Part shown: piece by piece, positions 17,831 to 24,532 of the stretch | Position numbering within the stretch: position 1 is the stretch's first letter | How the letters are laid out: every line of letters begins with the position of its first letter | Assembly: GCA_039802605.1 (NCBI GenBank) | Contig: JBDRWW010000014.1 | Span: forward strand, 1 to 24,532 | DNA length: 24,532 nt | Direction of reading: 5' to 3' | DNA from: a candidate division WOR-3 bacterium | GTDB lineage: Bacteria; Hydrothermota; Hydrothermia; LBFQ01 | Notes under the pieces: model-generated | What the model was told of the DNA's origin: nothing | The model's database searches: none | The model's input: only the letters and a program-made list of their open reading frames with translations | Program-made: the position numbers and the translations under genes

Positions 17831-19809
17831 AACCCGATGGCTACTTGAACTTTAAAAACCTCCTTTTCAAAGAGATGGGTAATACGCTGGGGTTCATCCC
17901 CAAAGAGTTGTTTATTAACGGCAAAGTATATTCCCCAAAACTGTTTTGGTTCAAAGGCTATAACGAGGTTTCCGTTTAGGTGATATGTGTCTGACACCTC
18001 ATCGGCGGTATATCCAACATATGGCTTCACCGTTATGTGATAGGGGAGGTATATATATCCATAAACCTGAAAGATTTGTAGGGTATCAAGGATGGTTTCG
18101 TATTTGTTGTAAGATATTCCGGGTTGGAAAGGCCCAAGGGGATAAGAAATTGATACATCAAAACCCCTAAGGGGATAACCCAAATATTTACCGGATGAAA
18201 AGGATATTATGGCCTCTTTGTTGAGATTTATAAAATATCCAAAGGTTATACCTATGCTCTTTTGCGTTAAATCTTCAAAGGGTAAATAATCCGCGAGGTA
18301 AGGCATATAACTGTAAGATGTGTATATGCCAAAGAGGTTTAACGGAATTATCGGTGATGGAAGAATAAGAAAGTTTATGTAGGTATTCCCCCATTCGTAT
18401 ATTACGGGTAATTTCCATTCGTATAGTTTGCCCGTGTCCGTTTTCATGTTTGAGTAATTAAAGCCCGTTCCAACAAATAGGTTTTTGCCGTTGAAAATTT
18501 TATCGTTTGTGTAAGAGTAATAGAAACCTCCGTTTATGGATTTATATCCGTCAAAGTATAGACTAATGTAGTTTAAAGGCGTTAAAAATCCGCTTTGAAC
18601 TCTGGTTAAAGAAAGATAAATGTTTAACCACTGTCCTGACCTATAAAGGTAAAGGAAGTTATACTGGGCATCTGTTGAAAAGTTTTTATAGCCTTTTAAC
18701 GACATTCCCGCAGCCGTCCTATTATCGTAAAAGTTTAAACCTCCACCGAATGTAGTGGTATATGCATACAAACCGTTAACAAACGAAGCGTTTAAAACCG
18801 TATTCGGGGAAAGGTTATACTGATAATTCCCGAAATACACATCGTTAAATGTTGTATCCTTTACATAACCCAAATAAAATTTTTGGTTTTCATATGCGGA
18901 GTAGAACTTCATGCCGTATAACGGATATTCCAAATTCCTCGTCCTCAAAAGTATTGAAGGTGGTGAATAGGGTTTTCCCTCAACAAAAAACGGCCTCTTT
19001 TCGGGGTAATCAGCGGGTAACCTGTTTAGGTTAAAGGTTATAATATCTACATCCACATCTGAAAAGTCAGGCTTTGCCGTTATGTCCATCAAGTCGGATG
19101 TACCCCTTTTGTACCTAAGGGTTGCCCCTATCAAAGGTCTGTTATTCCTAACCGTGTCGAATTCCGATTCCAACCTAAAAGATGGGATTAGTGTGAAACC
19201 ATATGCTCTTGGTTTTTGTATGTATTCGTAATCAAAAACCATTTTTGCATGCTTGTCGTATGTGAAATCCGGGTTATTTGTTAGCATTTGTATGTTCATG
19301 TTTGATATTATGGCCCTAACTATATTAAAACCCCAGCCGGGTGATGAAAATGGTATGGATTTGAACGGTATAAGTATCATAACCTCGTACCCCCAGTCGT
19401 ATATTTTTGACAAAACCCTTGTATCGCTGTCCCATTCACCTTCCGGACTCATATCCGCAATATTTCCAAGGGGATTAACTTTTATCTGATAGATTTCGGA
19501 AACCTTTCCCCATCCGGACGGTAAAATGACAACTCCTATGAAATCCTCCTGACCTGCGGATAAGGTTTGTGCATCCCTACGCTTGGATTGTGCGTTTATT
19601 TCCTTTTGGTATAACTTTGCGTATATCACGAGTTCCTTAGGAGTGTATCCTATCCACACCTTGCCGCTGTCGGAAGGGGTCGTATCCAAACTCGGATATA
19701 CCGTTATGAGATAAAACGGTTTCTCCTTCTGCGCTATTTCATATATATCCTCGGGCTTTGCCAACTTAAAAGGTTCAACAATAAAAACCGAAAATATTAT
19801 GTTTAGCAT
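17827..19809 (-). CDS. Putative outer-membrane protein: CBM9-like N-terminal domain plus DUF5916-like beta-barrel
   Basis: RRD, VNPLG...D, WD, EVMILIPFKSIPF...WGFNIVR (CBM9-like); PDFSDVDVD and PEKRPFFVEG (DUF5916-like); aromatic alternating strands, C-terminal Phe. Start at 19809 preferred over 19854: no overlap, and CCT-TAGAAT lies 8 nt upstream. Confidence 0.7.
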   Translation of the reverse strand: MLNIIFSVFIVEPFKLAKPEDIYEIAQKEKPFYLITVYPSLDTTPSDSGKVWIGYTPKELVIYAKLYQKEINAQSKRRDAQTLSAGQEDFIGVVILPSGWGKVSEIYQIKVNPLGNIADMSPEGEWDSDTRVLSKIYDWGYEVMILIPFKSIPFSSPGWGFNIVRAIISNMNIQMLTNNPDFTYDKHAKMVFDYEYIQKPRAYGFTLIPSFRLESEFDTVRNNRPLIGATLRYKRGTSDLMDITAKPDFSDVDVDIITFNLNRLPADYPEKRPFFVEGKPYSPPSILLRTRNLEYPLYGMKFYSAYENQKFYLGYVKDTTFNDVYFGNYQYNLSPNTVLNASFVNGLYAYTTTFGGGLNFYDNRTAAGMSLKGYKNFSTDAQYNFLYLYRSGQWLNIYLSLTRVQSGFLTPLNYISLYFDGYKSINGGFYYSYTNDKIFNGKNLFVGTGFNYSNMKTDTGKLYEWKLPVIYEWGNTYINFLILPSPIIPLNLFGIYTSYSYMPYLADYLPFEDLTQKSIGITFGYFINLNKEAIISFSSGKYLGYPLRGFDVSISYPLGPFQPGISYNKYETILDTLQIFQVYGYIYLPYHITVKPYVGYTADEVSDTYHLNGNLVIAFEPKQFWGIYFAVNKQLFGDEPQRITHLFEKEVFKVQVAIGF

Positions 19810-19820
19810 AATTGGCAATT

Positions 19821-20507
19821 CTAAGGATGTTTTGACGGATAATATCCAAAACACGATCTTTTAACATAACCCTTGCAAGCGGTATAACCAAAGTAAAATC
19901 CCAAAGCGCCAAATAGGTAAGGGATAAAGGGCAAACCCGTATTACCGCTTATAAACGCTCCTAAGATACAACCGGCGCATCCACCTGCGGCACCGCATAC
20001 CGCCCCCGCGCCTTCGGAAACATAGAATTCAATCTCGCTGCTTCTATACAACCCCACACTTTGCCTTTGTTGTAATTGTCCTTCCTCGCCCTTTTCTATA
20101 GGTTTTTCTCGAGTATCTTCCTTTATTGATTTCTCCTTGTATTCCCGTGGAACTTTTGTTATGAATACAAAAACATCGTAATCCTTAAAGTTTATTTTGG
20201 CTTTTACATAGCCGAGTATTTCAACGGTGTGAATACCTTCGGGAATACCCTCAACAATATCGGCGCTATATTTTACCCCATCTATTTTGAATTCCGTTTT
20301 GGGATAAACCAGAATTGCATGAGGTTTTAAATCCTTTAACCTATTCCTAAAGCCGTTTATAAGTTCGGATGTAAATGGCAAAGATGTATCGGTTGATATA
20401 AAGTTTTTACGGCTATAATAGGGTTTAAAGACGAAAACCCTTTTGTCATCCACATCAAATATATAACCGTAATCGCTTTCGGCGATCTGGAAAACGATGA
20501 ATATCAT
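19821..20507 (-). CDS. Hypothetical envelope protein: PEGA-like segment, charged linker, Cys-rich glycine-zipper TM C-terminus
   Basis: KIDG...GIPEGIHTVEILGY; GAGAVCGAAGGCAGCILGAF...GALGFYFGYTAC; ATGA coupling to upstream gene. Confidence 0.55.
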   Translation of the reverse strand: MIFIVFQIAESDYGYIFDVDDKRVFVFKPYYSRKNFISTDTSLPFTSELINGFRNRLKDLKPHAILVYPKTEFKIDGVKYSADIVEGIPEGIHTVEILGYVKAKINFKDYDVFVFITKVPREYKEKSIKEDTREKPIEKGEEGQLQQRQSVGLYRSSEIEFYVSEGAGAVCGAAGGCAGCILGAFISGNTGLPFIPYLFGALGFYFGYTACKGYVKRSCFGYYPSKHP

Positions 20508-21580
20508 AGCCCCAAGTCTTTTAATGAGAATATAACATTTAGGTTAGCGTAAAGTATGCTGTTTAACAGGGAAAGCCTGTTCTGGGGAGGTAGGGACATA
20601 TCATAGGGTATAACTATTCCCGCATCTGCGGATATTAACCTATTAAAGGAATACCTTAAACCCAAAAAGGACAAAACCGTTAGGGCATATGTGTTTTTAT
20701 CATACCTATTTGAAATCGTATACTTATGGGGCTCGGTTGTATCGCTTTTATACCTCGTCCTGTAAAGTATTCTCGGCAAAGCATTGACTTCAAATATCAA
20801 CTCGGTGTTCTCCCTCCAAAGATATATTAACCCCGCATATCCCCCGTAAAAGTTTAGTATTTCCTCCTTTCTGGAATCGTAAAAGGCCGGGGAATTCAAA
20901 GCGGCTTTCAGGCTATCGCAATATATTCCCGCATAACAGTTAGATGTATCGGGTAATTGTGAGGACTTTATATTTATGCCAAATTGGGCTAAGGATGCAC
21001 CAACTGCAAGCGAGTATTTATCCCAATAGAATGTTAAAGGCAAGAATGCGCTAACGCCCCTTGTGTTGTATTGCCTTGTGAATTCGTAATATACCGGTTT
21101 CGGATTGTAAAGGATAAGGGTATCCGTCATACTCTGGAATGATACGGGGTTTATTTTCAATTCAAGGGCACCTTTAAAATTCTTTAAGTCTAAGAACTTT
21201 ATCTTCATGGCCATTGCACCGCTTGAGGTCCCACCTGCCGAAAGGTTTGATAAAAGCCTTTCCAAGGAAAGTTTAACCTCCATTAAATCCGCCAAACCGA
21301 CGGTAAATACCCCCTGCCCTATTCCGAATTCCGTCCAGTTCCCAAAAAAGGCACCACCGTAAAACCAAAATGTTCCACCTTCCAAAACCTGTCCCGTAGG
21401 TCCTATTAAGAGTTTATAAGGCCTGTAATACTTGGGCCTTTCATAAGTTTCAACCATCAGGTCTTTACCCAATCCATTCACCTTTTTCACTTCCGGAGTA
21501 ATTTTTACCTTTTCTACTTTAACCTCTACCTTTGCCGTATCCCCTAATGTATCGCCCAAAGCCAAAATGCTTAAAATCAT
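20504..21580 (-). CDS. Hypothetical outer-membrane beta-barrel protein
   Basis: PTGQVLEGG...VGLADLMEV start motif reminiscent of YjbH/DUF5777-type barrels; amphipathic strands (LGLRYSFN, DAGIVIP); SD GGAGGTGA. Confidence 0.55.
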   Translation of the reverse strand: MILSILALGDTLGDTAKVEVKVEKVKITPEVKKVNGLGKDLMVETYERPKYYRPYKLLIGPTGQVLEGGTFWFYGGAFFGNWTEFGIGQGVFTVGLADLMEVKLSLERLLSNLSAGGTSSGAMAMKIKFLDLKNFKGALELKINPVSFQSMTDTLILYNPKPVYYEFTRQYNTRGVSAFLPLTFYWDKYSLAVGASLAQFGINIKSSQLPDTSNCYAGIYCDSLKAALNSPAFYDSRKEEILNFYGGYAGLIYLWRENTELIFEVNALPRILYRTRYKSDTTEPHKYTISNRYDKNTYALTVLSFLGLRYSFNRLISADAGIVIPYDMSLPPQNRLSLLNSILYANLNVIFSLKDLGL

Positions 21581-21583
21581 ATC

Positions 21584-21961
21584 TCACCTCCCGGTTACCG
21601 TTGATAGGAGTATAGTTGCCTGACAAGGCTTGCAATAAGATGTTATGTCTATTCCCGTTGTATCGGCTCCGTACATATCTCCTGTATCAATAATACCGTT
21701 TCCGTTCTCATCCTTCCAAGCCTCAAAGTAATACTTCCCCTCGGGAATTTCCACTATAACCCTGCCGGAACCCCTTGACTCCCTTATAAGTGTTTGCAGG
21801 GATTTGTCCGAGTATATCCTGAACACAACATTATCCACACTGGGGTTTGATACGAGATCAACCGTGGGCAGGAGGCTTTCAGTGTACCCGCCCCCTACAT
21901 AAGAAGACGAGCAGGAAAGTAAAAGCGCAAATGCTAGTACTAAAAAAAGCATTTTGTTCAT
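21584..21961 (-). CDS. Lipoprotein with Ca-binding-like DxNGNG loop (DUF2141-like)
   Basis: Signal MNKMLFLVLAFALLLS-C lipobox; PEGKYYFEAWKDENGNGIIDTGDMYG; CKPC. Confidence 0.7.
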   Translation of the reverse strand: MNKMLFLVLAFALLLSCSSSYVGGGYTESLLPTVDLVSNPSVDNVVFRIYSDKSLQTLIRESRGSGRVIVEIPEGKYYFEAWKDENGNGIIDTGDMYGADTTGIDITSYCKPCQATILLSTVTGR

Positions 21962-21986
21962 AAGGTGTATATTATATAGTAGTGTT

Positions 21987-22682
21987 TTATATCATTCCCC
22001 CATCAACCACTATAACCTGCCCGCTTATATAAGATGCCCTATCGGAAACCAAAAAGGCAATAACCTCCGCCACTTCTTCGGGTTTCCCAAACCTCCTTAA
22101 AGCGATACTTTCAAGGTATTTTTTCTTAACCTCCTCGGGTAATCCTTCCGTCATAGGGGTTTCAATATATCCCGGCGCTACGGCGACAACCCTTATATTC
22201 CTTGAACCCATCTCCTTGGCCAAAGATTTTGTAAATGCTATCAAACCCGCCTTTGTTGCCGCATACGATGTTTGCCAAGCATTTCCAACAATTCCCACAA
22301 CGGAAGAAACATTAACGACTACTCCACCTTTTAAATACTTTAAAGCGGATTTTGTTAGCATAAAGGCGGAAAACAGGTTAACCCTAAAAATGTTTTCCAA
22401 CTCATCCGTGTTTAACCTTATTAAAGGTTTGTCAAGGGTTTGTCCCGCGTTGTTTATTAAGGCGTCTATCTTTCCAAACCTTTCAACGGTTTTACTAACT
22501 GTTTCTTCCGCGCTCTTATAATCCGAAATATCCGCCTTTATGATTAAATCCTCGGAAAATTCCGATTGTATTCTCTCGGTATTCCTTCCAACTAAGGATA
22601 GGTTCCAACCTTCCCTTTTTAAAACCCTTGCCGTTGCTAAACCTATGCCAGATGTTGCACCCGTAATTATTGCAACCTTCAT
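21987..22682 (-). CDS. fabG: 3-oxoacyl-ACP reductase FabG-like SDR
   Basis: TGATSGIG, NNAG, SSVVGIVGNAWQTSYAATKAG, VAPGYIETPMT, RFGKPEEVA, VDGGM. Confidence 0.85.
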   Translation of the reverse strand: MKVAIITGATSGIGLATARVLKREGWNLSLVGRNTERIQSEFSEDLIIKADISDYKSAEETVSKTVERFGKIDALINNAGQTLDKPLIRLNTDELENIFRVNLFSAFMLTKSALKYLKGGVVVNVSSVVGIVGNAWQTSYAATKAGLIAFTKSLAKEMGSRNIRVVAVAPGYIETPMTEGLPEEVKKKYLESIALRRFGKPEEVAEVIAFLVSDRASYISGQVIVVDGGMI

Positions 22683-22689
22683 AAGGGAG

Positions 22690-23151
22690 TTATTCTACCC
22701 CCGTTTTATGTTTTTGTTTCTTATAAGCTTCTTTTCTTTCGGCCGCCTCAACCAATTGGGTTAAAGTGGTTTTTTTCAAAAACTCCTTAATCTTTTCCCG
22801 TATGGGTTTATATGTGTCGTGTAATGGGCAGGGGTGATCGTCATCGCACCTCTCCCAACCTATGGCGCATTCGTCATAAACTTCAATATCGTCAAATACC
22901 TTGATGATATCCCATAATGTTATTTCCTCAGGGGGTTTTTTGAAAACAAAACCACCACCTAAACCCTTTTGAGAAGCGAGTATTTTTGCCCGGGTTAGCG
23001 CGTGGAATATTCTTGAAAGGTATGCTCTGGGTAAATCTTCCTTTTCCGCTATATCTTGCAACCTTACGCTTTCAACACCGTTTTCTATCATTTCCTTGTA
23101 TAACCTTATAAGCGCCCTTATGGCGTATTGGCTTGTTTGTGAGTAAAACAT
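22690..23151 (-). CDS. Rrf2 family transcriptional regulator with three Cys (probable Fe-S)
   Basis: YAIRAL, IAEKEDLPRAYLSRIF, S.KG.GGGF, PEEITLWDII, CAIGWERCDDDHPCPLH. Confidence 0.9.
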   Translation of the reverse strand: MFYSQTSQYAIRALIRLYKEMIENGVESVRLQDIAEKEDLPRAYLSRIFHALTRAKILASQKGLGGGFVFKKPPEEITLWDIIKVFDDIEVYDECAIGWERCDDDHPCPLHDTYKPIREKIKEFLKKTTLTQLVEAAERKEAYKKQKHKTGVE

Positions 23152-23154
23152 GCC

Positions 23155-24180
23155 TTAATTATAAGGTTGTAAATTTATTTTCAAGATGTTATTTGTGGGA
23201 ATCATTATTGGTTTTGCGGAAGATATAAACACCTGTCCGTCAAGGGTTTTTATAACCTCTTCCGTGCCCTCCGGATCCAAATATACAAAGGGTTCGTCCA
23301 AAACTAAAACCGGCTTATCTCCAAGTTTCTCCTCCAAAATCTTCCTCAAAAATAAAACTATTGCCAAATGTATTCTCCTCTTTTGACCCTCCGATGCGTA
23401 TATCCTTACGGGCTTATCTTCAATTGTTATAAGAAACTCGTCCCTTTGGGGTCCCACAAGTGGATAACCCCTTTTTCTTTCCTCCTCTTCAAAGTTGAAG
23501 ATTTCCTCCGCTTTTTGTATATTCGGCTTGTATGTTATGGAACAATCTCTCGGTAGAAATCCATAAGTTAATCCGGAGTTTAGCATATCCACAAAATTTT
23601 TTCTCGCGTTTATGATGTAATCAATATGCGGGATTAAAGCCTTATTGAAAGGTTTTATTATCTCTCCTGATTTAATGGCCAATCTCTTTTCTTCAAGTAA
23701 TTTTTTAAACTCCATAAGGTGTTGGAAATAGTTTTCATCTATTAAGGATAAAGCCCAATCAAAAAACCTCCTCCTCTCCGATGGGGGGCCATCCATAAAG
23801 GCATGCTCTTTTGAACTAAAAGATAAAGCAACAAATGTTTTGAAAACTTCTTCGTATGTGCGTACCGTTCTACCATCGCTTTTATATACCTTTTTCTCGG
23901 TTCTACCCTGCTTGTCAATTTTCACATATACGGTTATATTTTTTGGGGTTTCAAACCTGTAAATCTTTGCGTTTATATAAAAATATTCTTCTCCCCACCT
24001 AACAAGGGCAAAATCCCTTACACCCCTGAAAGACCTCGGAACGGAAAGGTACGCTATGCCTTCAAGTAGGGATGTTTTCCCCGAACCGTTTGGACCAAGT
24101 ATTAAATTTATACCATCGGAAAATGAATACTTCCCCTCTAAGTTTTTAAAGTTGTGAAACTCTATTTCCTTTACCCTTAT
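23155..24180 (-). CDS. recF: DNA replication/repair protein RecF (341 aa; probable ATA start, ORF track truncates it)
   Basis: Frame open from 24180: (I/M)RVKEIEFHNFKNL...GPNGSGKTSLLEGI..LS.PRSFR; then RRRFFD, GPQRDE, SEGQKR, LVLDEP; SD GGGGAGGG 6 nt upstream. Confidence 0.88.
   Translation of the reverse strand: MRVKEIEFHNFKNLEGKYSFSDGINLILGPNGSGKTSLLEGIAYLSVPRSFRGVRDFALVRWGEEYFYINAKIYRFETPKNITVYVKIDKQGRTEKKVYKSDGRTVRTYEEVFKTFVALSFSSKEHAFMDGPPSERRRFFDWALSLIDENYFQHLMEFKKLLEEKRLAIKSGEIIKPFNKALIPHIDYIINARKNFVDMLNSGLTYGFLPRDCSITYKPNIQKAEEIFNFEEEERKRGYPLVGPQRDEFLITIEDKPVRIYASEGQKRRIHLAIVLFLRKILEEKLGDKPVLVLDEPFVYLDPEGTEEVIKTLDGQVFISSAKPIMIPTNNILKINLQPYN
23158..23178 (-). promoter_or_regulatory. 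Putative -10-only promoter for Rrf2-fabG, embedded in the recF 3' end
   Basis: AAATTTACAACCT-TATAAT 6 nt before the Rrf2 ATG, which lacks a clear SD. Confidence 0.6.
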
Positions 24181-24195
24181 ACACTACCCTCCCCT

Positions 24196-24532
24196 TTATG
24201 CTGCCTCTCTGCTATACCTTTCTGCTTGAGCCCTCAAATCCTGTAAGATTTGGGTTATTGATTTTTCAACATCTTCGTCCTTTAACTCTTTGAGCCTTAT
24301 TATGGCTTCAACTGCCGGAAGTGAGGCGATATTTTTGGGATCAAACCCTCTTTCCTTAGTATAATACATAAATATTTCAAACGCTTCCCTTATAGTTTTC
24401 GCTATTAAGTAGGTCTTCTTTGGTGAGGAAGAGGCATCTATCTCGTGGAAGGCGTTCTGTTGCAAGAAGGCCAACTTAATGATCCTTGCGGTTTCAAGAA
24501 GTACCCTTTGCTCATCCTGTAAGGCATCCGGC
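24196..24532 (-). CDS. atpA: V/A-type ATP synthase subunit A, C-terminal part (truncated by window edge)
   Basis: Frame open to the edge: PDALQDEQRVLLETARIIKLAFLQQNAFHEIDASSSPKKTY; the FLQQNAF..D motif is typical of V-ATPase A. Confidence 0.88.
   Translation of the reverse strand, partial: PDALQDEQRVLLETARIIKLAFLQQNAFHEIDASSSPKKTYLIAKTIREAFEIFMYYTKERGFDPKNIASLPAVEAIIRLKELKDEDVEKSITQILQDLRAQAERYSREAA

Noticed and set aside
19810..19854. Longer start (MFWILSV...) for the CBM9/DUF5916 gene
   Set aside because: Overlaps the upstream CDS by 34 nt; ATG 19809 has the promoter motif at the typical spacing. Not fully excluded.
23155..24186. recF as a pseudogene or frameshifted gene using GTG at 24184
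   Set aside because: The frame is uninterrupted for 341 codons with all motifs; the out-of-frame GTG is only 2 nt from the SD, whereas ATA is well spaced.

Overview
Gene-dense bacterial chromosome segment of mostly housekeeping genes, with no mobile element, CRISPR array or rRNA. Inference only: a thermophilic diderm, FCB/WOR-3-like, suggested by a T9SS-type C-terminal domain, predicted outer-membrane barrels, a V/A-type ATPase and a two-CxxC protein disulfide oxidoreductase (PDO). Plus strand 1-7824: T9SS-cargo C-terminus, decaprenyl-phosphate phosphoribosyltransferase, YkvA, PDO, rpmF (missed by the ORF track), plsX, pncB, rsfS, long UbiA-TPR protein, queG. Then divergent tRNA-fMet/tRNA-Thr plus pdxT; a minus run tRNA-Ala, barrel-SppA fusion, MBL hydrolase, dehydratase, groES, groEL, sfsA; a plus run trxA, pmm, lipB; and a minus run V-ATPase A (3' end), recF, Rrf2, fabG and four unknown envelope genes. 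The most interesting signals concern expression architecture: (1) a recurrent promoter motif (A-tract...CCT-TAnAAT, no -35) 6-10 nt before SD-less start codons and 9-13 nt before tRNAs, implying widespread leaderless mRNAs; (2) CDSs starting 4-5 nt after CCA-less tRNA 3' ends or directly after a terminator; (3) recF apparently starting at ATA behind a strong SD. A PorV/FadL-like barrel fused to SppA is also notable.
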